Shown: one piece after another, positions 1-9,504 of the stretch
Layout: each line of letters begins with the position of its first letter
Numbering within the stretch: the stretch's first letter is position 1
NCBI GenBank assembly: GCA_029859645.1
Contig: JAOUCS010000007.1
Coordinates: 1,740 to 65,739, forward strand
Length of the DNA stretch: 64,000 nucleotides
Origin: Lysobacterales bacterium
GTDB lineage: Bacteria > Pseudomonadota > Gammaproteobacteria > Xanthomonadales > SZUA-36
Reading direction: 5' to 3'
Position numbers and translations under genes: made by a program
Notes under the pieces: generated by a model
The model's input: only the letters and a program-made list of their open reading frames with translations
Told to the model about the DNA's origin: nothing
The model's database searches: none

Positions 1-1298
1 TCGCCTGCGTGCTCGCCTGGGCATTCGATATAACTCCGGAGGGTATTCGCTCTGTGTCCTTCGTTTACGGGAAGCCGGCACCGCAATCTGCGAACGTCGT
101 GGTCGAGCCAAGCACAGAGCCATCCGTCGCCGTGCTCGCTTTTGACAATCTAAGCACCGAACCCGAGCAAGCCTATTTCTCAGATGGCATTGCCGAGGAC
201 ATCATTACGGATCTCTCAAGGCTTTCGCAGCTGCGCGTGATCGCTCGCAACTCGAGCTTCACCTACAAAGGCGGCCCAGTGGACGTGCGGCGGGTTGGCC
301 GGGAGCTTGGTGCGCGCTATGTGCTGGAGGGTAGCGTGCGCAAGGTGGGCCAGCACGTCCGCGTTGTCTCTCAGCTTACTGAAACGACGACCGGCGCGCT
401 CGTCTGGGCCGAACGATTCGATCGCGATCTGACCGACATCTTTGCCGTACAGGATGAGATTGCCCTCGAGATCATCGAGGCGCTCAGGATCAAGCTGTCT
501 CCGGAAATGGAGGCACGGCTGACCCGGAAAATCCCTGTCGACCTGGAAGCGCGAAACTTGTTCCTGCGGGGACGCGAACATGCGTTTCTACTCACAGCGA
601 ACGGAAGCATTGAAGCGCGCAAGCTGCTCGAACGAGCTATCGCGATCAGCCCCGGCTTTTCGTCTGCAATGGCCTGTATCGCATTCACGCTTGTAGAAGA
701 CTACGTCATGGGTTGGGGCGACGATCCGCAGCGCTCCCTCGAGTCCGGTCTGGAAATCGCGCGGCGTGCATGTGCGGTGGACGATCAGGATCCCTACGCG
801 CAAGTGTACCTCTCGCTTGCCCTGCTGTGGAACCGGCAGCACGAGGAGTCGATGGTTGCAGTGCGGCGCTGCCTCGCCCTGGCGCCCAGCCATGCAGACG
901 GCCACATGCAACTGGCCAACCTCCAGTACTACATGGGGGATATCGAAGATGCTCTGAACACGCTTGATATTTGCATGCAGCTGGATCCGCTGTATCCGGA
1001 GATCGCGCTTTATTTCCTGGCGGAAGCGCAGGCAGCCTCAGGGCAGTTGGTTGCTGCAGTGGCCACCCTGCGGCGGCGACTGGAACGCAATCAGAACTCG
1101 GAGACGACTTACGCGCTACTGGCCTCGTGTTACGGACATCTCGGAAAAATCGAAGAGAGCCGCGAGGCCTGGGCGCAGGTAATTAGAATCGCGCCGAACT
1201 TTTCGCTGGAACGGCGGCGGCGAATATTGCCCTACAGGACTCCCGAAATATTCGAGCGCCGTATTGAAGGATTGCACAAAGCGGGGTTGCCGATCTAG
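1..1298 (+). CDS. TolB-like module plus TPR-repeat protein, probably 5'-truncated by the window edge (C-terminal part of an adenylate-cyclase or regulator-type TPR protein)
   Basis: ORF 9..1298 is open back to base 1. The stretch VAVLAFDNLS..YFSDGIAEDIITDLSRL..VIARNSSFTYKG..RYVLEGSVRK is the module found N-terminal to TPR repeats in such proteins. The C-terminal half is TPR-like. Confidence 0.6.
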   Translation, partial: ACVLAWAFDITPEGIRSVSFVYGKPAPQSANVVVEPSTEPSVAVLAFDNLSTEPEQAYFSDGIAEDIITDLSRLSQLRVIARNSSFTYKGGPVDVRRVGRELGARYVLEGSVRKVGQHVRVVSQLTETTTGALVWAERFDRDLTDIFAVQDEIALEIIEALRIKLSPEMEARLTRKIPVDLEARNLFLRGREHAFLLTANGSIEARKLLERAIAISPGFSSAMACIAFTLVEDYVMGWGDDPQRSLESGLEIARRACAVDDQDPYAQVYLSLALLWNRQHEESMVAVRRCLALAPSHADGHMQLANLQYYMGDIEDALNTLDICMQLDPLYPEIALYFLAEAQAASGQLVAAVATLRRRLERNQNSETTYALLASCYGHLGKIEESREAWAQVIRIAPNFSLERRRRILPYRTPEIFERRIEGLHKAGLPI

Positions 1299-1542
1299 CG
1301 ATTTGCCGCGATAGCAGAAATTGGTCTTCCAAGCTCCCCGATGGCCGCTACTGGCCGAACTCAGATCAAGACTTCCTTAAAACACGGCGTAACGAGTGAA
1401 ATGACATTCATTGCTATACTCAGGTTTACTCGCCCTGGTGACAGTTACCAGGCAACACATGACTTGGATGAGTTGGGCGTCGTATTCTACGGCGGCATGT
1501 TCGGAGATCGGACGGATCATTTCCGAGAGGGATTATAGTGTT

Positions 1543-2259
1543 ATGCATGACAACACCAGAATTGATGAAATCGCTACAGGAATCTATCGAATCAGCACGC
1601 CGGTGCCACCGCCGGTAATTCCCGGAGGATTCACCTTCAATCAATACCTGATCAAGGACGATGACCCGTTGCTTTACCATACGGGGCCTCGCAAAATGTT
1701 TTCGTTGATACGCACCGCGATCGAGTCCGTACTGCCCGTACAGTCACTCCGTTACATTGGTTTTTCCCACTTTGAAGCAGACGAGTGCGGCTCTCTCAAT
1801 GATTTCCTTGAGGTTGCTCCGGGCGCCGAACCATTGTGCAGCCAAATTGCAAAAATGGTGAGCGTGGATGACATTGCCCTGCGCCCGGCTCATGCCCTGG
1901 GCGACGGTGAGAATCTGGTGCTGGGTAGCCATACGGTCCGCTGGATCGACACGCCACATCTTCCGCATGCCTGGGAGTGCGGTCACTTGTTCGATACCAC
2001 GACCAGCACACTATTCTGCGGCGATCTGTTCACCCAGGGTGGACACCAGCATGAACCACTGACCCGCGATGACATCCTTGACTCCAGCGAGGATATGCGT
2101 GCGCAGTTGGATTACTTTTCCCAGACACGTAATGTGCGCAGTTTAATGGAAAAGCTGGCAAGTACATCGCCGAGCACACTGGCGTGCATGCATGGCGCTG
2201 CCTGGCAGGGTGATGGCGCAAAACTGTTACGACAATTGGCAGAGCGGCTGGCAGGATGA
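1543..2259 (+). CDS. MBL-fold protein with a di-iron-type (flavodiiron/ODP-like) motif
   Basis: ORF 1411..2259. The ATG at 1543 is preceded by GAGAGG. It has a metallo-beta-lactamase fold, with SHFEADECG where HxHxDH is expected. Confidence 0.6.
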   Translation: MHDNTRIDEIATGIYRISTPVPPPVIPGGFTFNQYLIKDDDPLLYHTGPRKMFSLIRTAIESVLPVQSLRYIGFSHFEADECGSLNDFLEVAPGAEPLCSQIAKMVSVDDIALRPAHALGDGENLVLGSHTVRWIDTPHLPHAWECGHLFDTTTSTLFCGDLFTQGGHQHEPLTRDDILDSSEDMRAQLDYFSQTRNVRSLMEKLASTSPSTLACMHGAAWQGDGAKLLRQLAERLAG

Positions 2260-2381
2260 CCATTTGGCCGCAATTCGGCATCTATTTCTAAATATGAGTT
2301 TGTTCTGTTACTGGCCGTTTGGTCTTGCATAGATTTCGTGGACACCTGACTTTGGCGCGATAATGCGTCAGGAGGTGTTTT

Positions 2382-2455
2382 ATGGCACGAAGGAAGAGAT
2401 ATAGCGCGGAGTTTAAACCGGAAGCATTAAGACGAGCCGACGAGCCAGGCGTCCG
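2382..2455 (+). pseudogene. IS3-family OrfA (HTH transposase) N-terminal fragment
   Basis: MARRKRYSAEFKPEALRR is a typical IS3 OrfA N-terminus. It breaks off after about 25 codons, where an IS110-like reading frame takes over. Confidence 0.5.
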
Positions 2456-2839
2456 AACGTCAAACTGGCCCCGCTTAAGACGGTCGAACAGCAAGGGATG
2501 CAGGCGGTCCAGCGATCACGCGAGTTGTTGGTGCATGAGCGTGTCTCTTTGTCCAACCACCTTCGTGGTTTGCTGATGGAGTTCGGCATCGTCATCCCGC
2601 AAGGCTTTGCGAGCCTGTACCGGTTACTACCGGAGATCCTGGAAGAGGGGGATATCGAGTTACCCGACCTGTATCGCCCCACACTCAATTTGCTGTATGG
2701 CCGACAGTTCTCGGCCTATCTGGGCCTGACGCCGAAGCAGTTCAGCAGTGGTGGAAGAGTCAACCTGGTGGGGGTCAGCAAACGAGTCGCCAACAAGCGC
2801 TTGCGTGCCGTGCTGATCCAGGGTGCACGAGCAACGTAA
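2456..2839 (+). pseudogene. IS110-family transposase remnant (N-terminal catalytic part missing, internal deletion)
   Basis: The frame containing ORF 2498..2839 reads NVKLAPLKTVEQQGMQAVQRSRELLVHERVSLSNHLRGLLMEFGI and then FSAYLGLTPKQFSSGGRVNLVGVSKRVANKRLRAVLIQGARA. These are the IS110 DEDD and Transposase_20 signatures, but only about 125 codons remain. Confidence 0.6.
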
Positions 2840-3172
2840 TCCGTTGGCGGCCTAAATGACCGCCAAGTAAGAGGAGTTCAGCGAGAGACCAGGATCAGAT
2901 AGAAGATATCCGCTCCGGTAAAACCTGTTCCGCTTTGAGGCCCTGGAGTCCATCGACCCGTTGAGGAACCGGAGTGCGCATACATTGAGGGCTGGGAGAT
3001 AGCGTCTCCATTGAAAAGCCGAATATACATACGCGTCTGATGTCTGATACGAAATCACTCGCTAACAAGGAGGAGTCCATATACGAAGCGGTCGTTCACT
3101 CTTTGACCGTGAATCTCGATTATACTGGACGATAATTTCGTGCGTATTGGTCTGGATTTCGGGAGAAGAATT

Positions 3173-4444
3173 ATGGTTGCCGTGAATAAAGTGCTTGTTA
3201 CAGCGTCGCTGGCCTTCATGGCGGTGGCGACCTATCAATGGGGAAACTCTGACAGTCCTGATTCTCGGGGGGTCCAGCTTATCGACACAGCTGTTGCAGC
3301 CGAGACCCCAGCTGAGTACTCACCGGTGAAGGCGCGTGCTCGTGATTTCTATACGCCGAACAGTGAAGACCTCGCACCTGATGAGATGCGATTAATTGCC
3401 TGTGGTACCGGTATGCCCACGGCCCGTCCGAAGCAGGCGGCGTCATGCTGGTTACTCGAACTTGGGAACGGTGACAAGCTTCTCTTTGATCTGGGGACGG
3501 GCTCGGCGGAGAGAATCGCAGCCATGCAGATTCCCTACAATTATCTCGATAAGGTTTTTCTGAGCCACCTGCATACCGATCACTTCGGCGACCTGGACGC
3601 CTTGTTTATCGGCGGTGCGCTTGCCGGTCGCCAGAAGCCTTTGCGCGTTTGGGGGCCGAGTGGCGCCACGCCTGAGAGGGGCACGAAATACGCGGTGGAG
3701 CACCTGCGTAAGGCACTCACCTGGGACATCGATGGCCGCGCAGGGCTCACCGATCCACGTGGATACCATATCGAAGCCAACGAGTTCGACTACAAGGCTG
3801 TGAATGGAATTGTCTATCAGGAAAATGGCGTGACGATTCGCTCCATCCCGGCGATTCACTCGCTGGATGGCCCAGTGAGTTTCATTGTCGAGTGGAACGG
3901 TTTCAAGTTCGTATTCGGCGGCGATACCTATCCGAACAAGTGGTTTGCCAAATACGCACAAGATGCGGATCTGGCTATCCACGAGTGTTTTATCGCCGTG
4001 CCTGACATGATTGAAAAGTTTAAATTCACGCCACAAAGTGCGCTGGCAGTGGGCACCCAGATCCACACAGCACCCGCGGCATTCGGGAAAATGATGTCGA
4101 TCATCAAGCCGCGCATGGCCGTGGCCTATCACTTCTTTAAGGATTTCGACACCACGGGGGCGATTTATGATGGCATCCGGTCAACCTACGACGGTCCGCT
4201 GAGTCTCTCGGAGGACTACATGGTGTGGAACATCACCAAGGACGATATACGGGTGCGGATGGCCGTTATTGACGAAGATGTCTGGCCGCCTCCGGCCACC
4301 GAAAAGCCGCAGGCCCCCGATGCCAGTCTCAGGATTCCCTATTCGGACATGATCTCCGGCGGCAAGTATGACATGAGTGATGTGATTCAGCCTACATATG
4401 ACGAGATCAACAAGGAATACGGGCTGAATGAAAAACAGGAGTGA
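3173..4444 (+). CDS. Secreted or membrane-anchored MBL-fold metallo-hydrolase (RNase Z/arylsulfatase-like branch)
   Basis: ORF 3140..4444. The ATG at 3173 follows GGGAGAAG. It has a hydrophobic N-terminal signal/anchor and the motif HLHTDHFGD (HxHxDH). Confidence 0.75.
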   Translation: MVAVNKVLVTASLAFMAVATYQWGNSDSPDSRGVQLIDTAVAAETPAEYSPVKARARDFYTPNSEDLAPDEMRLIACGTGMPTARPKQAASCWLLELGNGDKLLFDLGTGSAERIAAMQIPYNYLDKVFLSHLHTDHFGDLDALFIGGALAGRQKPLRVWGPSGATPERGTKYAVEHLRKALTWDIDGRAGLTDPRGYHIEANEFDYKAVNGIVYQENGVTIRSIPAIHSLDGPVSFIVEWNGFKFVFGGDTYPNKWFAKYAQDADLAIHECFIAVPDMIEKFKFTPQSALAVGTQIHTAPAAFGKMMSIIKPRMAVAYHFFKDFDTTGAIYDGIRSTYDGPLSLSEDYMVWNITKDDIRVRMAVIDEDVWPPPATEKPQAPDASLRIPYSDMISGGKYDMSDVIQPTYDEINKEYGLNEKQE

Positions 4445-4476
4445 CCAAGTACAACACTGGTCTGAATCAATAACAG

Positions 4477-4503
4477 GAACCCGCTTCGGCGGGTTTCTTT
4501 TTG
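4477..4503 (+). terminator. Rho-independent terminator after the MBL gene
   Basis: GAACCCGC-TTCG-GCGGGTTT hairpin followed by a T-rich run (CTTTTT). Confidence 0.75.
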
Positions 4504-4860
4504 TCTATTTCCTATGGGGCGAATTACTTCTTGTGGCCGAATTGAGAACCAAACTCCTTTGAGAACCACGTTCAGGGAAGTTCTCTTATCTAAATCAATT
4601 ACAGAACTAGACCGCCCAAGTGTGCTTATGGCTGCTACCGACAAAGCTGGACCAGTTTTTTCAGGCCAGGCCACCGTCGCGCCTTCACCAACAGCGCGCT
4701 CGACCATGGCGCCATAGTGGTGTACGGTCGCACTATCAGCGAGTAGGTAGAGCTATTGCTCAACCGTATCGGCCTGGACACCGGCCATTAACAACGATGT
4801 CCTGACCTGCCAGGTTCTGGACGGTACCTGGCACCGGTTGTTGCAAACCGGAGTTGATAA

Positions 4861-5886
4861 ATGAGATTTGGTATGTCGCAAATAAATTTATTCCTGAAAT
4901 GGCTTCGAAAAGTTGTAGGAGAGAATTCACTCGTAATATCTTTTTTGGTATTTATTCTACTGTTTTCAAGCAGTGTCAATATCGACTACCAGACCGGCCT
5001 CGATGCCTACACCATCGGCGATTACCAAACCGCGATGAAGAAATGGACAGCCATAGCTGAAGGGCCAGCCACCGCAGTCGATCCGCTCGACTATGTCGAA
5101 GCCCATTACTCCATCGCCATGCTTTACTGGCAAGGGCAGGGCGTGCCCCGGGATTTCCGCAAATCCTACGAGTGGTTGCTCAAAGCCGCTCATTTGAACC
5201 ATGCGGGCGCCCAGACGAAATTGGGTTATCTCTACACCGACGGCGTTGCTGTACCGCGGGATTTGAATGCGGCCTTTGAGTGGTACAGCATGGCCGCGAA
5301 GCAAGGCGATGTAGATGGTCAGTACAACCTTGGCATTTTTTTTCTGAACGGCTGGGGTACGGAACAAGACATTACCATGGCCAAAATGTATCTCTCCGAG
5401 GCTGCCGCCCAGGGTTATGAGGTGGCGGAGCAAGCCCTCGTTAGAGCAAGCACAATCGCAATCAACGATTTTGAGGCTCCAATCCTTGAAGAGGCTCCAA
5501 TCCTTGAAGAGGCTCCAATCCTTGAAGAGGCTCCAATCCTTGAAGAGGCTCCAATCCTTGAAGAGGCTCCAATCCTCGATGAAGCATGGATTCTCTCGCA
5601 AGATCCCAACCACTACACCATCCAGGTAATTGGACTGAGCACCACCGAAAAACTAAGAGCTCTGATCGGCGACCATGACAACCTGGCCCCTTTTGCGATT
5701 TACGTTGTCCAGCGCAGCTCAAGCCCTATTCACGTGCTCATCCAGGGTAGTTACCCTGATGTCGATGCCGCCCGAAGTGCACGCGATAATTTCCCGCGCG
5801 ACATCAACCCGCCAGACCAGGTATGGATACGCCAGTTCGGCAAAATCCAGGAACTCATCGCGGCAGAGAGTACCGGGGATGGATAG
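4861..5886 (+). CDS. Membrane-anchored Sel1-repeat protein with a C-terminal SPOR (septal peptidoglycan-binding) domain
   Basis: N-terminal TM segment. Sel1 repeats carry motifs such as AMLYWQGQGVPRD, LGYLYTDGVAVPRD and NLGIFFLNGWGTEQD. A six-copy EAPILE linker is followed by a SPOR-like tail (HYTIQVIGLS...WIRQFGKIQ). Confidence 0.75.
   Translation: MRFGMSQINLFLKWLRKVVGENSLVISFLVFILLFSSSVNIDYQTGLDAYTIGDYQTAMKKWTAIAEGPATAVDPLDYVEAHYSIAMLYWQGQGVPRDFRKSYEWLLKAAHLNHAGAQTKLGYLYTDGVAVPRDLNAAFEWYSMAAKQGDVDGQYNLGIFFLNGWGTEQDITMAKMYLSEAAAQGYEVAEQALVRASTIAINDFEAPILEEAPILEEAPILEEAPILEEAPILEEAPILDEAWILSQDPNHYTIQVIGLSTTEKLRALIGDHDNLAPFAIYVVQRSSSPIHVLIQGSYPDVDAARSARDNFPRDINPPDQVWIRQFGKIQELIAAESTGDG
5473..5580 (+). 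repeat. 18-bp tandem repeat in six copies (five identical, last one variant), in frame and coding EAPILE
   Basis: GAGGCTCCAATCCTTGAA is repeated head to tail. The last unit is GAGGCTCCAATCCTCGAT. Confidence 0.95.
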
Positions 5887-6378
5887 GGCGCCCATCAGAC
5901 TATCTGCGCCACTTAAGCAGGCAATACACTAATACACTGGCTGTTTTGAAGCAGTGCAGACGATTGCATCGGGTTGCCAATAGCAGATCACATGGCTAGG
6001 GAAAATTCTTTCATCATTTGAGTTGTTAGAAATTGGCTTTTTGAATAAGTGTTGTATTACAGCCAGTTAAATAATACTATTAAGGTGCTTTAGCGTGAAA
6101 TTCAGAGAACTGCGCACAGAATGCAGTATCTGGAACAACAACAATAAGCACTGAAGCAACAACCCGGCAGCTAACTGGTCGGGTAGGCACAGGGATATTA
6201 CCGCTACGGGTAATGACTCTTGCCGGTCCAGGGCGCGGACTGGCGAATTGACAGGGATCAAATGGACATTGAACGTCTGAACTGGCCGCCGGCACATTGG
6301 AGTGTGTGGGCAAAGGCTGGATGCCCGGGTTTTCTGCTGTTGGAACAGACAATCCGGGTTGATAGAAGGGCGAAGACA

Positions 6379-6780
6379 ATGGAGTATATATATTTCGTTA
6401 TTTTAATAGCAGCAGTCGGTGTGTTTTTAATTGTTTATTGGCAAATCAGCCTGTCCAGAAGCAGAAATGGTGGGTCATTTTTTGGCGCAAAACAAAGAAA
6501 CACTATCCCCATTGAACCTCCTCCGCCGGTAAAGAAAACCATCAGCGGCCCATCATTCAAAGAAATGGAGCGGATCAAGTTCGAGGAAAAAGTAGAAATG
6601 TGGCAACGGGGATTTGGAGTCCGGCATGGCTGGCACAATCGATGTGGAAATGATCAGCTGCTGACGGGCAAAAAGTACACCTATGTACCCCCGGCGACAA
6701 GCCGTGTAGCCGATCGGAAAGCAGCCCAGCCAAACCGTAATTCGTCACCGAACTCCAATGGATGGCAATTAATCGGTTGA
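6379..6780 (+). CDS. Hypothetical small membrane protein
   Basis: ORF 6220..6780. The internal ATG at 6379 opens directly into a TM helix (MEYIYFVILIAAVGVFLIVYW). No recognisable family. Confidence 0.4.
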   Translation: MEYIYFVILIAAVGVFLIVYWQISLSRSRNGGSFFGAKQRNTIPIEPPPPVKKTISGPSFKEMERIKFEEKVEMWQRGFGVRHGWHNRCGNDQLLTGKKYTYVPPATSRVADRKAAQPNRNSSPNSNGWQLIG

Positions 6781-6804
6781 TCAGCAGTAGAGTGGCAGAA
6801 AGCC

Positions 6805-6834
6805 ATAGCCGCGGGCCCAAAAGCCCGCGGCTAT
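6805..6834. terminator. Perfect 12-bp stem hairpin between convergent genes (bidirectional terminator candidate)
   Basis: ATAGCCGCGGGC-CCAAAA-GCCCGCGGCTAT. Confidence 0.6.
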
Positions 6835-6856
6835 CTGCCTTACGAAAAGTGCAAGA

Positions 6857-8077
6857 TCAACTGTCGCTCGCCTCACAGAATATGGCCCAATCTCGCATCA
6901 ACCGAACTCTTTTTGCGATCAGGTCGGAACGTAAATAAGCGGCTGCGGCCATATCCTTCGACTGTGGCCCGAGTGCATGTGCGATCACCTCTGCCGGGTA
7001 AACGCTCTGGTTAACAGCCCAGTCCCTGAAGGTTTTACGGAAACCCTGCTGGGTGATCCCTGGTTGCAGTTGCTTGAGCAGTTTCATGCCGGCAGCGGTG
7101 GTCATGCCGACACAACCGCTGCGGCCAGGAAAGACGTATTCTGAGGATCTCCGCAGATTCTTGAGCAGCTCCAGGGCAGGCGGTGAAAGTGGCACTGTGT
7201 GTTCGTGGTTCGTCTTGAATCGCCGGGCTGGAATGGTCCAGAGCGCTCCTTTGAGGCCGAACTCAGACCATTGCGCAGTCACCACGTCTCCAGGACGGGT
7301 GGCCGTAAGTATCTGCAGCTCCAGAGCGCGCGCCGCGAGCGAGTCAACGCTCCTCAGTTTGATCATTAACGTGCTCATCTTCCTGTAGTGAAGGGCAGCA
7401 CGCGGTTTCGATTCCTTCAGCCGGGTGGGGCGCGGCAATACGCTGTCCAGGTGCCCGCGCCAGCGGGCGGGGTTTGCCCCGTGCCGCCAGTGGCACTCTG
7501 CTGCCCAGTCCAGGACTGATTCAATTCGCTGTCGCACTCGCGTAGCCGTCTCGGTTTTGAGCGTCCAGATCGGTTTCAGGCACTTAAGCACATGTTCTGC
7601 ATCTATCACCGCAACGGGCAGCGTCAACAATTCAGCGGCGTACTGGTTCAGTGTGGAAGACCATTGCTGGGCCTGTTTTTCGTTACGCCAGGCTGACTGG
7701 TGCGCGTTTATATAGCGCGCAACGCATTCTCCAAAAGTGGGTGAGTCAATCGGTTGCGAAATCCCATTGCTGCTTGCCTGTCGGCCCTGTTGGATAGGGT
7801 CTTGCCCCTGGCGCAGCATCTTCCGGCATCCGCCGGCCAGCTCGCGCGCTTCCGCCAACGTAACATCGTATTTACCGTATCTCCCGAGCCCTTTTTCACG
7901 GAGTTTACCCACCCCTGAACTTTTCGGGGTGGTGTAGCGGATCTGCCGGTCCCGCCAGCGAAAACACCAGTATTTACGGCCGTCCGGCTTTACATTCAGG
8001 TAAAGCCCGCCACCATCTGCGTAATAACCTGGCTGCTGAGTGTCAGCACAGAACTCTTCCGACAGTTTTTCACGCAT
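6857..8077 (-). CDS. int: Tyrosine-type site-specific integrase (P4-like, DUF4102 N-terminal arm domain)
   Basis: N-terminus has GGLYLNVKPDGRKYWCFRWR. The catalytic region has LTATRPGD (Arg), AHALG (His) and AAYLRSDL (Tyr). A GAGG Shine-Dalgarno sits upstream of the ATG. Confidence 0.9.
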   Translation of the reverse strand: MREKLSEEFCADTQQPGYYADGGGLYLNVKPDGRKYWCFRWRDRQIRYTTPKSSGVGKLREKGLGRYGKYDVTLAEARELAGGCRKMLRQGQDPIQQGRQASSNGISQPIDSPTFGECVARYINAHQSAWRNEKQAQQWSSTLNQYAAELLTLPVAVIDAEHVLKCLKPIWTLKTETATRVRQRIESVLDWAAECHWRHGANPARWRGHLDSVLPRPTRLKESKPRAALHYRKMSTLMIKLRSVDSLAARALELQILTATRPGDVVTAQWSEFGLKGALWTIPARRFKTNHEHTVPLSPPALELLKNLRRSSEYVFPGRSGCVGMTTAAGMKLLKQLQPGITQQGFRKTFRDWAVNQSVYPAEVIAHALGPQSKDMAAAAYLRSDLIAKRVRLMRDWAIFCEASDS

Positions 8078-8553
8078 TACCTCATTCCCAGTTCGAATCC
8101 CTGTGGAAATTGCTTCATATTATGTCCCATACTATATCCCATATATATCCTTCGGTTCAGGTTTGATTTAAAAGGCATTGATAGCCTGTTGAAGAATATA
8201 TTTTATTTATATACAGATACTTATGAGCCTATAGTGTTTTTGAAAGACCGTTTCTGAATTATGGGTTAGGTAACCAATTGAACGTTGCTGAAGCCTGTTG
8301 GTGAGATTTGGAGGGTCAGGCGAGCTACTGTCGGTGGGTTCGGGAATTGACGCATTAAAGCTGCGCTGATCATCTCGTATTGAATACGTGATGTTTAGCA
8401 ATTGTTGCAAGATCCAATGAATCTTGATCTGCCATGTGGACAATATATTTACTAAATAAAACAATTAGATAATTAATTTATTTAAAGTGTATCGCCATAT
8501 GAATTTGAGATATTGCGCAGGTGAACAGCCCCGCTTTCTGCGAGCTTTTCAGG

Positions 8554-9504
8554 TTAATGGCATTCGAACAACTGGATGCTGAACCAGTGATTTAGGTCCG
8601 TCCAGCTATTCACATGGCAGAAACCCGCACATGATGCCAATTCACGAAAATCCTCAGGACTGAACTTGTGGCAGTATTCGGTAATGATTTTTTCGCCATT
8701 GGCGATCGAGAACTGGTGCTCGCCGAGAGTAACTTGTTGATCATCCTCGCTGATCAGGTGCATCTCGACGCGGCCAGACTGTTCATCGTACGTGGCATGG
8801 TGCCGGTAATGTTGGAGGTTGAAATCGGAATCGAATTTCCTGTTGAGGTGCCGCAGCATATTCAGGTTGAACTGAGCCGTCACACCATGGCTGTCGTTAT
8901 AAGCAGGCTCGATGATTTGTGGGTCCTTCTTCAGGTCCGTACCAATCAGCAGGGCGCCGCCTGGCCCCGCCTCCTGGCGCATCACGCGTAGCAACTCCAG
9001 CGCAGCATCCGGTTCGAAATTACCGATCGTAGAGCCTGGAAAATACACCAGGTTACGCAACGATTTCCTTTTTGTCTCGGGGATTAGGACGGGCCGGGTG
9101 AAATCCGCAGCGACCGGCAGAATTTCGATATGCGGGAATCTCTGCGCAAGTTCCCGGCTGGCTTCTGCCAGGTGTTCCGGGGAAATATCTATCGGAATGA
9201 ACGCGACCGGGTCATCCAGGCCTTCCAGCAGAATGCGTGTCTTGAGACCGGAGCCTATGCCGTATTCAATTACTCGAGCTTGTTTTCCGATCCGGGCACT
9301 CATTTCGTCCATGCAGGACTGCATAATGTCGATCTCAGTGCGGGTCAGGTAATACTCTGGCAACTCGCAGATCTGCTCAAATAACCTGGAGCCCTGCTCA
9401 TCGTAGAAATACTTGGGCGAGATCATCTTTGGAGACTGGTTCAGCCCCGCAATGATTTCGGACAATTCGTCCTTGCTGACAGGGTTTTTCAGGTTGCGGG
9501 GCAT
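8554..9504 (-). CDS. egtD: L-histidine N-alpha-methyltransferase (ergothioneine biosynthesis)
   Basis: PKYFYDEQGSRLFEQICELPEYYLTRTE, YFPGSTIGNF, IGTDLKKD and AYNDSHGVTAQFNLN closely parallel mycobacterial EgtD as I recall it. Confidence 0.9.
   Translation of the reverse strand: MPRNLKNPVSKDELSEIIAGLNQSPKMISPKYFYDEQGSRLFEQICELPEYYLTRTEIDIMQSCMDEMSARIGKQARVIEYGIGSGLKTRILLEGLDDPVAFIPIDISPEHLAEASRELAQRFPHIEILPVAADFTRPVLIPETKRKSLRNLVYFPGSTIGNFEPDAALELLRVMRQEAGPGGALLIGTDLKKDPQIIEPAYNDSHGVTAQFNLNMLRHLNRKFDSDFNLQHYRHHATYDEQSGRVEMHLISEDDQQVTLGEHQFSIANGEKIITEYCHKFSPEDFRELASCAGFCHVNSWTDLNHWFSIQLFECH

Noticed and set aside
1341-1538. 65-aa ORF upstream of the first MBL gene, and the 85-aa ORF at 53997..54254 downstream of the repeat protein
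   Set aside because: Neither has a Shine-Dalgarno, a recognisable motif or coding-like composition. The second overlaps the end of the 910-aa CDS. I treat both as noise.
5473-5580. Regularly spaced 18-bp repeats that might suggest a CRISPR array
   Set aside because: The units are directly adjacent with no spacers, are far shorter than CRISPR repeats, and are in frame inside a CDS (EAPILE in six copies). This is a coding tandem repeat.
8107-8130. Possible second, degenerate dif-like site (AAATTGC..TTCATATTATGTCCCAT) near the integrase, which would make 8.1-13.3 kb an IMEX flanked by two dif sites
   Set aside because: Only a 9-nt core (ATATTATGT) plus ATTGC match. An ungapped 28-mer comparison gives about 15 of 28. 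The spacing is wrong, and the site is inverted relative to the true dif, whereas Xer-mediated integration gives direct repeats. It is probably chance similarity in AT-rich DNA.
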